Origin: Candidatus Poseidoniales archaeon
GTDB taxonomy: Archaea; Thermoplasmatota; Poseidoniia; MGIII; CG-Epi1
Assembly (NCBI GenBank): GCA_045567855.1
Contig: JBJLCC010000038.1
Coordinates: 108 to 64,107 of the forward strand
Reading direction: 5' to 3'
DNA length: 64,000 nucleotides
Below, piece by piece: positions 1 to 10,058 of the stretch. Within the stretch, counting starts at the first letter, position 1; each line of letters starts with the position of its first letter. The notes under the pieces are model-generated. The model worked only from the letters and a program-made list of their open reading frames with translations, made no database searches and was not told the DNA's origin. The position numbers and the translations under genes are program-made.

Positions 1-1301
1 AATTGGTAAAGCCTCATATCTGCTATTGATTTGGCTTGAATTTTACTTAATTTGAAATTAGCTTGAAGACCTTCGATAACCGCATCTCTTCCTGCAGCTT
101 CTCTGATAAATGCTATTACTTTATCCATTTGAGAAATTGCTAGCAATAATCCCTCAACAATATGAGCCCTCTCTTGAGCTTTTTTCAATCTGAACTCTGT
201 TCGGCGAGTTATTATCTCCTTTCTGTGATCAAGGTATACGTTCAATAAATCTATTAAATTCATTCGTCGAGGTTGGCCTTTGACTAATGCTACATTGTTT
301 ATTGAAAAACTATTCTCAAGAGCTGAATGCTTATACAATTGATTTTCAACTATCATTGGAGAAGCGTCTCGCTTTAATTCGAATACTACCCTCATACCTT
401 TCTGATCTGATTCATCTCGTATATCTCTTATACCTTCTACTTTCTTATCACGAACCAATTTTGAAACTTCTTCTAATAATCTATTTTTCTGAACCATAAA
501 AGGAATTTCTGTTACAACCAAAAATTCATCCTTTGGAGTTGACTCGTGCTCCATTTTAGCTCTAATTTTTATAGAACCTTGACCTTTGGAAAATGCATCG
601 AAGATTCCTTTGCGCCCCATTATAGTTCCTCCTGTTGGGAAATCAGGACCAGGCATGACGCTCATTATCTCGGAAAGATCCGTTGATGGATTGTCTATTA
701 GCATAACAAGACAGCTTATCACTTCTGACAAGTTATGAGGTGCCATATTCGTAGCCATTCCAACTGCAATACCAGATGAGCCGTTAACCAATAAACCTGG
801 AAGAAGACCTGGAAGAACTGAAGGTTCCTGTAAAGAACCATCGTAATTATCTGTGTAATCTACAGTTTCTTCGTCAATGCCTGATAAAACTGTATCTGAA
901 ATTGTAGCCAACCTCGATTCTGTGTATCGCATAGCTGCAGCCTTATCTCCATCTATCGAACCAAAATTACCTTGGCCATCTACCAAAGGGTAGCGTAAAG
1001 AAAAACTTTGAGCCATGCGAACTAAAGTATCGTATATCGCTTGATCACCATGTGGATGGTATTTACCCATTGTATCTCCAACAATGCGGGCCGATTTTTT
1101 GTACGGTGAACGAGGACCTGAACCCATCTCTTTCATTGCATAAAGAACTCTACGGTGAACTGGTTTTAATCCATCTCTAGCATCTGGAAGTGCTCTGCCT
1201 ACAATAACTGACATAGCATAATCAAGATAGGATTTACGCATCTCTTTCTCTAAACTAATTGGTAGTATTGTGTCTATATTTTCTTCCTTCAATTTTTTCA
1301 C
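1..1301 (-). CDS. gyrA: DNA gyrase subunit A, N-terminal ~433 codons (gene continues beyond the left edge)
   Basis: Not in the ORF track because it is edge-truncated. My minus-strand translation from GTG at 1301 reads [56 protein letters not shown]...[53 protein letters not shown]...[22 protein letters not shown]. This is canonical GyrA with the AAMRYTE catalytic-Tyr motif. The frame is open to position 1. Start codon is uncertain (GTG 1301 or TTG 1292). Confidence 0.93.
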   Translation of the reverse strand, partial: MKKLKEENIDTILPISLEKEMRKSYLDYAMSVIVGRALPDARDGLKPVHRRVLYAMKEMGSGPRSPYKKSARIVGDTMGKYHPHGDQAIYDTLVRMAQSFSLRYPLVDGQGNFGSIDGDKAAAMRYTESRLATISDTVLSGIDEETVDYTDNYDGSLQEPSVLPGLLPGLLVNGSSGIAVGMATNMAPHNLSEVISCLVMLIDNPSTDLSEIMSVMPGPDFPTGGTIMGRKGIFDAFSKGQGSIKIRAKMEHESTPKDEFLVVTEIPFMVQKNRLLEEVSKLVRDKKVEGIRDIRDESDQKGMRVVFELKRDASPMIVENQLYKHSALENSFSINNVALVKGQPRRMNLIDLLNVYLDHRKEIITRRTEFRLKKAQERAHIVEGLLLAISQMDKVIAFIREAAGRDAVIEGLQANFKLSKIQAKSIADMRLYQ

Positions 1302-1324
1302 CAGATTATTACTAAAGCTTATGA

Positions 1325-1885
1325 ATGTACCCCCTTAAAAGGGAGTCCCCTAGCCATATAGTGACACCTCCAGTAAACTTAGTTCTCATTAATCCCAAAA
1401 AAAATAGTGACATCGATGAAGGCAATCGACGATTAATATCCAGAGTTGCCCCTGTTTGCTTAGCTTATAATTTGCACTTGTGTCTAGTTGATTTTGGAAT
1501 CAAAGAAACTCCTCTTGACTTCGCCAGAAGAATTGCCCCGTCCACTTCAATTGGTAAGGGTGGTGAAAATTTAATTAAATTGTGTGAAAAAGGAAAAGTA
1601 AATATCTCAAATTTACAATTGCTGCAAAATATCGGACAGAAAGTAATATGCACAAGCCAGCCTGAGAATTCTAAAGAGAAGACGTTAGACAACATCATAA
1701 GAATATCCCGTGAAAAAGCTATTTCTTTCATTTTTGGAATCAATCAAAGAACAAATAAAGTATTGAAAAAAATTAAAAATGAATCTTATGCTCATTTAGA
1801 TATTACTAAAAAAAGAATTCAATTAAGTTTGGATTCAGAAATTGGAGCTGTATTTCACTCTTTTTTTACATCTAGAAAAGCTTGA
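1325..1885 (+). CDS. hypothetical protein (weak resemblance to a SPOUT-fold RNA methyltransferase)
   Basis: 186-aa ORF. The N-terminal [10 protein letters not shown] and C-terminal [17 protein letters not shown] faintly recall SPOUT motifs (SLNxS-type C-terminal knot), with no firm match. The listed ATG is only 23 nt from the divergent gyrA start, so the true start may be the in-frame GTG at 1361. The 3' end overlaps aIF6 by 14 nt (convergent). Confidence 0.45.
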   Translation: MYPLKRESPSHIVTPPVNLVLINPKKNSDIDEGNRRLISRVAPVCLAYNLHLCLVDFGIKETPLDFARRIAPSTSIGKGGENLIKLCEKGKVNISNLQLLQNIGQKVICTSQPENSKEKTLDNIIRISREKAISFIFGINQRTNKVLKKIKNESYAHLDITKKRIQLSLDSEIGAVFHSFFTSRKA

Positions 1886-2549
1886 GAGCTTCTTCCATTC
1901 GACCTAATTCAACACCTGTACTCTGACGACCACATACTGCACCATTAGAATTAGCAACTATGCCAGCTCCAACTAATGGAAGACCAAAATTAACGGTTCC
2001 TTCCATCAATTCAATCTGAAAAACTTCTTCCATTTTTTCTTTCTCTGACGAAGAAATGTCTGGATGGTATAATCCTCCCTTGTTAGTAATACACCCAATC
2101 ATACCTAAAGTGTCCATGTCATTAATAGATTGTGAAACCAAATTTACTTTTAGTATATCTTCAGCTTTATCTTTAGCTCTTTTGCCAAGTCTCTCATTTG
2201 AAAAACCTCCTGAATCATTAACTAAAAAATTATTCCCAATCGCATTTGATCTATCTGGAAGAACTCCAAAATCAATTTTATAAGATTTGGAAATTTTATC
2301 AAATTTTTCCAATTCCAAATCTGTTACAATATTAGAAACTAGAATACCATTGTTATTCATTGCAATTAAAGTTCCCAAAACTCTACTGCCGCCCAGAGTT
2401 ATGATTTCTAGTTCAGTACCGAGAGCCTCTGAAAGCTCTTCCATGTCATCTTTAGGTATTCCAGGAGGTACTAATGTCAGATTGTCATTTGTAGCACAAA
2501 AAACACCTGCATAGGGACTGTTGAAGAGATCCTTTTGAACTAAAGCCAT
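1872..2549 (-). CDS. eif6: translation initiation factor 6 (aIF6/eIF6)
   Basis: 225 aa. The N-terminus MALVQKDLFNSPYAGVFCATNDNLTLVPPG and the repeated pentein-like segments are typical of aIF6. It lies downstream of eL31 in the conserved archaeal cluster. Confidence 0.9.
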   Translation of the reverse strand: MALVQKDLFNSPYAGVFCATNDNLTLVPPGIPKDDMEELSEALGTELEIITLGGSRVLGTLIAMNNNGILVSNIVTDLELEKFDKISKSYKIDFGVLPDRSNAIGNNFLVNDSGGFSNERLGKRAKDKAEDILKVNLVSQSINDMDTLGMIGCITNKGGLYHPDISSSEKEKMEEVFQIELMEGTVNFGLPLVGAGIVANSNGAVCGRQSTGVELGRMEEALKLF

Positions 2550-2552
2550 TAC

Positions 2553-2879
2553 TTATTCTGCTAAGTGGACTATAACACTACCATCTTCGAATTTTAAAGC
2601 CCTTACACGCACTTTAGAAGGAGGCTTTTCAATTCCTCTTGACCATATATACTGATTTACTGGAGGATCTATGAACAATTGTTTTTCTTCACCACTTCCA
2701 GTTCGAGCTTCTTTTGAAGTCTTAAGAACTTCGCCTTCTCTCTCAGGCTTCATGTGCCTTACAATAAAATCTTCTACAATTCGCATGGCTACTGGTGCCC
2801 TACGTGTTCTTGTTACCTTGTGTAACTTACGTAGCGGAATAGTGTACAACCTCTCTTGAATTAGTTCATCGTCAGCCAT
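2553..2879 (-). CDS. rpl31e: 50S ribosomal protein L31e (eL31)
   Basis: 108 aa. ERLYTIPLRK...TRTRRAPVAMRIVEDFIVRH...IDPPVNQYIWSRGIEKPPSKVRV matches the eL31 family pattern. Confidence 0.92.
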   Translation of the reverse strand: MADDELIQERLYTIPLRKLHKVTRTRRAPVAMRIVEDFIVRHMKPEREGEVLKTSKEARTGSGEEKQLFIDPPVNQYIWSRGIEKPPSKVRVRALKFEDGSVIVHLAE

Positions 2880-2884
2880 CTAAA

Positions 2885-3040
2885 TCACCTGTGTAACTTT
2901 CCCCTTCTCCAAAAATGACGTTTTGGATGATTGGTGAAACGTCTGTTTGTCCTTTGGATTACCCAAGCTGGAACTCTTCTATTACGTTTAACTAATTTAT
3001 TCAATCTTAGCTTCTTACCAAAAACTTTTCTACTGGACAT
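2885..3040 (-). CDS. rpl39e: 50S ribosomal protein L39e (eL39), 51 aa
   Basis: Too short for the ORF track. Hand translation of the minus strand from ATG 3040 gives [51 protein letters not shown], with stop TGA at 2887-2885. The RRVPAWV...HPKRR.WRR signature is eL39. It sits between eS19 and eL31 as in other archaea. Confidence 0.9.
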   Translation of the reverse strand: MSSRKVFGKKLRLNKLVKRNRRVPAWVIQRTNRRFTNHPKRHFWRRGKLHR

Positions 3041-3044
3041 TTGA

Positions 3045-3497
3045 TTAATATTTACTTAACGAAGTAATCTCCTTTTGTAATACTTTTTTAACCTTAAAAG
3101 CGGTGTTATCTAGCATTGAATGGCCTTTAGGGGTTAAACTTCTACCACCTTTCTTTGCTTTTTCAAGAAAGCCTGCAACCTCAAGTTGCTGCATAATTAA
3201 TCTAAGTACTTTGCGACTACCATTTTCACTTCGGTTAGGTTTGCCGCCGCGATCTCTTGCTCCTGAATAATGCCTTGACAAACGCTCAGTACCAATTGGA
3301 CCATTGACACCTACTTTTCTCATAACTGAAGCTGCACGGAAATACCACCAGTCAGCCTGTGAGGGAGATTTCTCTTTATGAACTGCTGTTTTTGCAAATT
3401 CTGACCACTCTGGAGGTTCTATAGCGTCCTCGCTCTTGAGCGACTTTGCGAGGGCATTTACCAAGTGTTCGCCTGGAACGTCGTAGTGTGTTGTCAT
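3045..3497 (-). CDS. rps19e: 30S ribosomal protein S19e (eS19)
   Basis: ORF 3045..3530. I place the start at the internal Met ([20 protein letters not shown]...), which matches eS19 N-termini. The motifs [23 protein letters not shown] and GGRSLTPKG are also present. Confidence 0.9.
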   Translation of the reverse strand: MTTHYDVPGEHLVNALAKSLKSEDAIEPPEWSEFAKTAVHKEKSPSQADWWYFRAASVMRKVGVNGPIGTERLSRHYSGARDRGGKPNRSENGSRKVLRLIMQQLEVAGFLEKAKKGGRSLTPKGHSMLDNTAFKVKKVLQKEITSLSKY

Positions 3498-3561
3498 GAG
3501 CGTAAACCTTTTACGGGAATGAGGCGCCACACGGAGTGTATTATAAACTTAAGCCTAATTA

Positions 3562-3999
3562 ATGCAAATAATGAAAGAGATTAGTGAATTTATAGAAAAA
3601 CACAATACTTTAACTTTGGCCACGGAAAAAAATCATGAAGTTTTTGCAGCTGCTCTATTCTATGTCTCAATAGATGACGGTACCTCACTTCTATTTGTAA
3701 GTAACCCAAAATCAGACCACATCGCCAACTTAGAACATAATCAAAAATGCGCTGCGACTATTCAAGAAAATAATCTAGACTGGGAAAATATAAAAGGAGT
3801 TCAAATTAAAGGTGAAATTGAACCGGCTGATGACAGGGATTGGGAAAGCTATCTAGGGGAATTTGATTACATAGCTAAAAGCAAAACTCTGACTAAGGCT
3901 ATGAAAAGAGTAAAATTATATAAATTGAAAATTAATTGGGCTAGATTCATTGATAATGCGAAAGGCTTTGGGAATAAACTGGAAAAAAACTATACTTAA
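3562..3999 (+). CDS. pyridoxamine 5'-phosphate oxidase-like FMN-binding split-barrel protein
   Basis: 145 aa. IEKHNTLTLATEKNHEVFAAALFYVSIDDGTSLLFVSNPKSDHIANL...IKGVQIKGEIE resembles the PNPOx-like / general-stress-protein-26 family. Specific function unknown. Confidence 0.6.
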   Translation: MQIMKEISEFIEKHNTLTLATEKNHEVFAAALFYVSIDDGTSLLFVSNPKSDHIANLEHNQKCAATIQENNLDWENIKGVQIKGEIEPADDRDWESYLGEFDYIAKSKTLTKAMKRVKLYKLKINWARFIDNAKGFGNKLEKNYT

Positions 4000-4223
4000 T
4001 CTGCAAATAAATTGTTGTTGTGGAAATACCAAACTTGGTAAACAAATAAGAAGATTAAAACGGCTATTATAACAAAACCTACAGTCTTACCTAATAGAGG
4101 AAATAAAAATAAAACAAAAAGTCCGACTACTAAAGTCCATAAAAGCAAATACATCAAATAGGCATGAGGTGCAAGCTCAGGATCCCTCGCGGCCTCAAAT
4201 GACAGTAGACCTAACCAATTCAT
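3996..4223 (-). CDS. small membrane protein, 2 predicted TM helices
   Basis: 75 aa with two long hydrophobic stretches (YLMYLLLWTLVVGLFVLFLFPLL; FVIIAVLIFLFVY). It is the last gene of the minus-strand purH string. No family recognised. Confidence 0.45.
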   Translation of the reverse strand: MNWLGLLSFEAARDPELAPHAYLMYLLLWTLVVGLFVLFLFPLLGKTVGFVIIAVLIFLFVYQVWYFHNNNLFAD

Positions 4224-4244
4224 TAATCAATCATCAGAAGTATA

Positions 4245-5573
4245 CTAATTATGCTTTGGGGAGCGAATAGATTCTACAAACCCTTCTGAGATTAATCCTC
4301 TTCCTGTTAGTAAATTGTAATTAACAATCAAAAGAACTAAAATTCCGCTAACCAGAACAATCATATGTGCAATTCTGGAAACTCCCTTAATACCTCCAAT
4401 TAACGAAGTATCTGCTGTTGCTAGAAAGAAATTACTTGCGCCGTAAGCTATAGTAAAAGAAATTGAATAGAAAATTACATTGTGTCTACTCATTAAACCC
4501 GTTGCTTTGCCTATGTAATGATTTGTGGGGCTTAAATGTGCCCTACGAGCTTCGCCCCTGAGAACATTAACTGATAATGAATAAATTACCAACATTATCG
4601 TTACAATCATAAAAACTAAATCATAAAGAAAACTTGGGTCATTGTACATGGAATAAAGAAAAACGCCTGCATGATAAGATAAAAAACCCCAATAACCTAA
4701 TGCAAAATATCCTGAAAAAGCCGCGACTTTAGAATCATACAGAAATTCCCTATGCATAGTTCTCAAAAGATAAAATGTTATACTTCCCATAGCCATCATC
4801 AAAAGAACCCAAAATATCATGAATAAATAGTCAAAATTATCTTTAAAGCCAGAAATTTGAGTAGAAACAAAATAAAAACAAAGAGTGCCAACTAACATCC
4901 AAATAAAAGGCGATAATAAATTAAGTAAAATACCTATTTTTGAAGTTTCATTTTCTGGTGATTTAGACATTTGCCTCAGTGCAATTTCCTTGAAAGGAAC
5001 GCGCATCCACCAAGCCTGAGCAAATTGCCACAAAACAAAGATTAAAATGTATCCCCAAGTTAGAAGTCTCTTCATATTTTCGCCGTAAGTTTCATTATTC
5101 AAGGTAGCCCAAATGAAACTAGAAAAAATCAAAGAAAGGGATAATGGAAGAATTAAACTTGTGAATGATTGACTACGAGATAAATTCTTGATTTCTTCAA
5201 ATCTATTAAGAGCTGCTGTAACAAAATATCCTAAGGAACCGCCGTAGCCAAATATCAAGATTAAAGAAGAAGCTAAATCTGACTTAGTATAGCTAATAAT
5301 CCCAAAAAAAGTTAAAAGTACGAAAAGCACTAAAACATGATACAATGTTTTTTTAGAAAATATAATAGAAATTATCTCACGTTGGGAAACAAAACTAGTT
5401 TTTTCCTGAACTTTTGATAAAGTGTCTGTCTCTTCTGTAGCAACATCTTCTCTTAATTGTTTTGATATATTTGAATCATTTTCTATTTCAGAGTTTTCAA
5501 CTTCTCCTTCAATTTCGTCAAACTGTATTCCAGGTTCATCTGCAGTTGAGTTTTCTTCCTTTACGTTTGACAC
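4245..5573 (-). CDS. polytopic membrane protein with an acidic N-terminal region, function unknown
   Basis: 442 aa. It has an acidic ~60-aa N-terminus followed by about 10 hydrophobic helices. Its start shares 1 nt with the stop of the upstream Zn-ribbon gene. Confidence 0.6.
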   Translation of the reverse strand: MSNVKEENSTADEPGIQFDEIEGEVENSEIENDSNISKQLREDVATEETDTLSKVQEKTSFVSQREIISIIFSKKTLYHVLVLFVLLTFFGIISYTKSDLASSLILIFGYGGSLGYFVTAALNRFEEIKNLSRSQSFTSLILPLSLSLIFSSFIWATLNNETYGENMKRLLTWGYILIFVLWQFAQAWWMRVPFKEIALRQMSKSPENETSKIGILLNLLSPFIWMLVGTLCFYFVSTQISGFKDNFDYLFMIFWVLLMMAMGSITFYLLRTMHREFLYDSKVAAFSGYFALGYWGFLSYHAGVFLYSMYNDPSFLYDLVFMIVTIMLVIYSLSVNVLRGEARRAHLSPTNHYIGKATGLMSRHNVIFYSISFTIAYGASNFFLATADTSLIGGIKGVSRIAHMIVLVSGILVLLIVNYNLLTGRGLISEGFVESIRSPKHN

Positions 5574-6187
5574 TAAGAATTTCTCCTGTAAAACCTATTC
5601 TGTGATTTTTCAGTAATAAATTTACACGTTACCCTTGAAATTTCAAAAGCCAAGGCATTACTTACTGATTTTCCTCCGTGTAAAGTTATACCAATAACTC
5701 TTGCTAAATTATCTTCCAACTTAACTTTCATTCCTTTGTTGAATTCTACATTAATTTCAAAATCTTCCTTGTAAGAATGAGTTTCCTCACCGTCATGTAC
5801 GGCGAAACGAATTTTTGAATGTGTTGCCTTTTTAGCCCAAACAATTGGATTTTCTTGTGAATAAACCTGATTCAAACGTTTGTGAGGCAATTCTATTCCT
5901 GTTATCAAAATCAAACCGTCTGGATGAGGTCGGGTCTGACCTACCTCAATGAGTACACCTTTATCTACGGTTAACGTATCATTTACTGTTTCATTGTCTA
6001 TAGATATCCTCAACTTTAATGAAAGAGGAAGCTCTTCGTTGACTTCTTTTGAACTAGTCGTTTGACATTCTAAACACTTTACAACTCCTTGGAAGCTAAA
6101 ACCCTTTTTTGCTGAAGTTCTACTCTTAAGAACTTCATGACTATTTTCTTCGTTACAAACCTCACAAAAAAGCCAGAGTTCTTCCAT
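5573..6187 (-). CDS. zinc-ribbon protein with a beta-rich C-terminal domain, function unknown
   Basis: 204 aa. The N-terminal CEVC...(24)...CLEC four-Cys ribbon is followed by beta-strand-like repeats. It has a 1-nt overlap with purH upstream and with the membrane protein downstream. Confidence 0.6.
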   Translation of the reverse strand: MEELWLFCEVCNEENSHEVLKSRTSAKKGFSFQGVVKCLECQTTSSKEVNEELPLSLKLRISIDNETVNDTLTVDKGVLIEVGQTRPHPDGLILITGIELPHKRLNQVYSQENPIVWAKKATHSKIRFAVHDGEETHSYKEDFEINVEFNKGMKVKLEDNLARVIGITLHGGKSVSNALAFEISRVTCKFITEKSQNRFYRRNS

Positions 6188-7740
6188 TAATGTTTAAAGT
6201 GCCTCATGCCTGTAAACAACATTGCAATGCCATGCTCATCTGCAGCGTCAATTACTTCCTGATCTCTAACTGATCCGCCGGGTTGTATAACAGCAGTTAT
6301 CCCCACTTTAGCGGCCTCATCTATTCCATCTCTAAATGGGAAAAAAGCATCAGAAGCCATAACCGTACCTTTTGAGTCTGGGATAGATTTGAAAGTAGCT
6401 ATTTTTACTGAGTCAATTCTAGACATTTGCCCGGCACCTATACCTACCGTTCTTTTCCTATCTGAGAATAAAATGGCATTACTTTTAACGTGCTTAACAA
6501 CTTTCCATCCGAATTCTAACCCTTCCAATTCTTCGTCTGTGGGCTTTCTTTTTGATACGACTTTACAATCTGAAATTGATATGCAAACTTCATCTGATTC
6601 TTGCAATAACCATCCCCCATCTAGAGAACGTAATGAAGGGCTTCTATGATAAAACTCCAAATTCCCAGTTTTCATTATTCTCAAATTCTCTTTTGAAGAA
6701 AAAATTTCCAAGGCCTCTTTTGAATAAGAGGGGGCAATTATACCTTCTTTGAATGAGGAAATTATTTCTTTCGCCAAGGAAGCATCAACCTCTCTATTGA
6801 ATGAGATTATTCCGCCGAAAGCACTTTGAGGATCTGTACTCATTGCACCATCAAACGCGTCTAATAAATTTGTTGAACTAGCTACACCGCAAGGATTATT
6901 GTGCTTAACAATAACTGCAGTAGGCTCATCAAACTCCATTACGATAGCTAGAGCTGCATCAAAATCTAAAAGATTATTATAGCTTAGTTGCTTTCCTTGC
7001 ATCTGAGCTGAATTAGCTATAGATGGAGCTGAATGTAACAAATCTGAATAAAAAACAGAAGACTGATGAGGATTTTCTCCGTATCTTAATGGAGGACTGC
7101 CGATTCCCGTTAGATGTAACGAGGAGGGAAGATCTTCTTCACCGAACCTTTGCCCGAGAACTGATTGTATAATTGAGTCATATTCAGCAGTATGTCTAAA
7201 TGATTTCAAAGCCAATTGTTGTCTTTGCTGAAGAGTTAAACCGCCTTTTGATACTTCATCTAAAATCCAATTGTAATCTCCAGGATCTGTTACCACGGAA
7301 ACACGTGAATGATTTTTGGAAGCTGCTCTGAGCAAACTGGGACCTCCTATATCTATCTCCTCAATTAAGGAAGATAAGTTAACGCCTTTGTCAGCTGCAG
7401 ACTTAAACGGATAGAGATTACAAATCACCATATCTATTGTACCTATGCCATGCTCCTGCATCTGTTCTTTATCAGAATCTCTTCCTAAAATCCCTCCAAA
7501 AATTATAGGATGGAGTGTTTTTACCCGGCCATCCATCATTTCTGGAAAATTAGTAACTTCTTCAACTGGACGAACTGAAATTCCTGAACCTGAAATTACT
7601 TTTGAAGTTCCGCCAGTTGAAATGATCTCAACACCATTTTCAGATAAGCCTTTAGATAATTCTTCAATCCCAGACTTATCGCTGACACTAATCAATACTC
7701 TTGATATCGGGCGGCGAGATAAATTATCTTTTTCCTCCAC
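6187..7740 (-). CDS. purH: bifunctional AICAR formyltransferase / IMP cyclohydrolase
   Basis: 517 aa. RVLISVSDKSGIEELSKGL...ISTGGTSKVI (MGS-like domain), KTLHPIIFGGILGR, and the C-terminal VIQPGGSVRDQEVIDAADEHGIAMLFTGMRHFKH are classical PurH motifs. Confidence 0.95.
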   Translation of the reverse strand: MEEKDNLSRRPISRVLISVSDKSGIEELSKGLSENGVEIISTGGTSKVISGSGISVRPVEEVTNFPEMMDGRVKTLHPIIFGGILGRDSDKEQMQEHGIGTIDMVICNLYPFKSAADKGVNLSSLIEEIDIGGPSLLRAASKNHSRVSVVTDPGDYNWILDEVSKGGLTLQQRQQLALKSFRHTAEYDSIIQSVLGQRFGEEDLPSSLHLTGIGSPPLRYGENPHQSSVFYSDLLHSAPSIANSAQMQGKQLSYNNLLDFDAALAIVMEFDEPTAVIVKHNNPCGVASSTNLLDAFDGAMSTDPQSAFGGIISFNREVDASLAKEIISSFKEGIIAPSYSKEALEIFSSKENLRIMKTGNLEFYHRSPSLRSLDGGWLLQESDEVCISISDCKVVSKRKPTDEELEGLEFGWKVVKHVKSNAILFSDRKRTVGIGAGQMSRIDSVKIATFKSIPDSKGTVMASDAFFPFRDGIDEAAKVGITAVIQPGGSVRDQEVIDAADEHGIAMLFTGMRHFKH

Positions 7741-7748
7741 GCTAAGAT

Positions 7749-8417
7749 TTAGGTACTATCTGGAAGCTGTTTCAGGTGCTCTCCGGATAACTCTTTTGAA
7801 AGATAAACTGTAGTTCCAGCTTTCATTATTTCGTTGCCACCAGCTTCAGCGGATTTAACATCTACAAGCAATACTATTGGCTTTCCAATTATGTGCCTGC
7901 CTGCTTCTAAAGCATTCAGTCTTGTACTTGATAGGTGAACCATATTTCTATCGCCAGGATACAATCCATGTTCTAAATATTCTTCTGCATCTTCTTTCGA
8001 GCATGCAAAATATAAATGCTCAGGATTGTTATCTGTAGGAAGATCTAATTCAAGGTCAAGAGTATGTGCATATGTTGCCCTTAATCTACCGTTCATTAAT
8101 TGATACCTGCCCTTCGGGTCTGTTTCAACTACTGCTTGCAAATGTCTGGTTTCCAAATAGTGAAAATGTCGTCGCTGAGATTTAACTGCTTCAATGAATT
8201 CCGAAGCTTCAACCCAACCTTGCTTATCCATCTCAAGATCAAATCGGTCCGGGAAGTGACGCAATACTCCTGCCATCATCCTTCCAAACTGGTCCAAATG
8301 TCTTGGGGAAAGCACCAAAACGCCTTCTTCTCCACTGAGAGGGCACTTTTCACCTCTGAAAAAACCATGCCCATGCTTTACTTCTTCTTTTAATGGAACT
8401 GTTGGTTTTCTACGCAT
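7749..8417 (-). CDS. kptA: RNA 2'-phosphotransferase (Tpt1/KptA family)
   Basis: 222 aa. MAGVLRHFPDRFDLEMDKQGWVEASEFIEAV...LQAVVETDPKGRYQL..GRLRATYAHTL matches the KptA/Tpt1 pattern (LRH, D..G, KxRF, IRAxQGHS-like). Confidence 0.85.
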   Translation of the reverse strand: MRRKPTVPLKEEVKHGHGFFRGEKCPLSGEEGVLVLSPRHLDQFGRMMAGVLRHFPDRFDLEMDKQGWVEASEFIEAVKSQRRHFHYLETRHLQAVVETDPKGRYQLMNGRLRATYAHTLDLELDLPTDNNPEHLYFACSKEDAEEYLEHGLYPGDRNMVHLSSTRLNALEAGRHIIGKPIVLLVDVKSAEAGGNEIMKAGTTVYLSKELSGEHLKQLPDST

Positions 8418-8459
8418 ATTTTGGCAGTAGAAAGGTGTGTTATAATATTAGGGCTGTGA

Positions 8460-10058
8460 TTATTCCTTTCTAAACGTCGTCTGAATACTGTCATCACTGT
8501 TGAGGAAGTTAGAACCTGCTAATTCATCTGTTGTAGGTACATCTATTTCTAATCTACCTGCTGCAAAAATGTCTTGCATTTGTTGCTCTTTACCTCGACT
8601 ACTCCAAAGTGCTGCTTCATCTCTGCTACCTAATGTAACAAATATGAAAACTTCTCCAGGCCTATTTCTTCCCGTCCTTCCCCTTCTTTGAATAAGTCTA
8701 ATAGCTGAAGATACGGGCTCATAGAAAATAACGGCATCAGTTGAAGGAATATCAAGCCCTTCTTCCCCAACTGAAGTTGCAACCAAAATATTGTATTCTC
8801 CACTTCTAAACTGATCAAGAATTTCTTTCTGTTGTTTTTGAGTCATGCCTTTGTCACCATCTCTTGATCCTTGACCAACAAAACGAACAGGCTTCGCTCC
8901 GTTAAGATTACTTAACTTTTCAACAATTAATGAAGCTGTGTGCCTTATCTCTGAAAAAATAATGAATTTAGATGTCCCTACTTCTAATTGTAATTCTATT
9001 AATTCAACTAACCTTGATAATTTTGGATGATTCGCTTTGTTTGCCTTTGCTATGTTATGAGCGATTTTCCAATCACTATTAGTTGATAACCATTTATTGG
9101 CTCTATTACTCTTCTTCGCTTTTGCTTCATCAATTATCCTACTACTATAATCTAAAAACTGAATTATCCCTTGAGTTTCAACTGTCAAAATGGCATGAGC
9201 AGTTTTCATTGCCATAGCTTGAGTCGTCATCAAGTTGAAAATATTTGGAGGTGTAGATGGTTTGGTTTGGGCAAACCGTCTCTGTAATTTTTTACCAGCC
9301 TCAAGAATCATTGTTGTTGAAACCTTACGGGGCCTATCCAGAAAACCCCCTTTGTACAACTTGCCACAAAGATAATCCTGTAATTTCCTTAACTGGTTCG
9401 CAATATCTTTGACTGCCTCAGGCATGTCAATCTTAACCCAGCGAGTCTTAATTGGTTGAACGTATTCAGAAACATCAGAGTCACTTTCATCTCTATTTTC
9501 AACTGCCGTAATACCCAAATCCCTACATAACCTGATAATTTCAGGCTTAGAGCTTCCTGGTGATGCAGTCATTCCCGTTGACAAGTGATTCTGAGCTACT
9601 TCCAGATAATGTCTACCAATCTCAACATAGGCATAATTTCCAACGGCTCTATGTGCTTCATCGAATATAACCAAAGAAAAATCCTCTAATGAAGCTCTAG
9701 CCGCCTCAATGTCTTTACTTATAACTTGAGGTGTCGATATAATTATCTGTGAGCTAGACCAAAGAGGCACTCGCTCTGATGGCGAGATAGCTCCAGTGAA
9801 TAAACTAACTTCAGCGTTCAAAAATTCATTAAAGAAATCAAAATGTTGTTGAGCTAAAGGTTTTGTTGGCGCCATAAGGAGAATTTTTCCCAAGTCTAAA
9901 CGTTCGAGCATTATTCTCAAGGCCACTACTGTTTTACCCATACCAGTTGGTAAAATCACTAATGTGGATTGCTCTAAACAAGCTTTAGATATATTTGATT
10001 GATATAATCTATTTTCTAAACCATCTACTTTTAAAAATTTATGAGTAATTTCACTCAT
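8460..10058 (-). CDS. hef: Hef/FANCM-type SF2 helicase, helicase domains only (no ERCC4 nuclease domain)
   Basis: 532 aa. NRLYQSNISKACLEQSTLVILPTGMGKTVVAL (motif I), LLMAPTKPLAQQH, FDEAHRAVGNYAY (DEAH box with the Hef/RIG-I-type GNYAY) and VATSVGEEGLDIPSTDAVIFYEP...IQRRGRTGR are present. The protein ends about 60 aa after motif VI, so no nuclease domain is encoded. The ATG overlaps the topA stop (ATGA). Confidence 0.85.
   Translation of the reverse strand: MSEITHKFLKVDGLENRLYQSNISKACLEQSTLVILPTGMGKTVVALRIMLERLDLGKILLMAPTKPLAQQHFDFFNEFLNAEVSLFTGAISPSERVPLWSSSQIIISTPQVISKDIEAARASLEDFSLVIFDEAHRAVGNYAYVEIGRHYLEVAQNHLSTGMTASPGSSKPEIIRLCRDLGITAVENRDESDSDVSEYVQPIKTRWVKIDMPEAVKDIANQLRKLQDYLCGKLYKGGFLDRPRKVSTTMILEAGKKLQRRFAQTKPSTPPNIFNLMTTQAMAMKTAHAILTVETQGIIQFLDYSSRIIDEAKAKKSNRANKWLSTNSDWKIAHNIAKANKANHPKLSRLVELIELQLEVGTSKFIIFSEIRHTASLIVEKLSNLNGAKPVRFVGQGSRDGDKGMTQKQQKEILDQFRSGEYNILVATSVGEEGLDIPSTDAVIFYEPVSSAIRLIQRRGRTGRNRPGEVFIFVTLGSRDEAALWSSRGKEQQMQDIFAAGRLEIDVPTTDELAGSNFLNSDDSIQTTFRKE

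Noticed and set aside
1333-1353. Shared GGGGACT/AGTCCCC half-site upstream of both gyrA and topA as a topology-gene regulon motif
   Set aside because: With the base composition seen here, a specific 7-mer of this type is expected about 2-3 times by chance on both strands of 64 kb. I saw no third copy upstream of gyrB, top6B or topIB. It is mentioned under the palindrome finding but not claimed.
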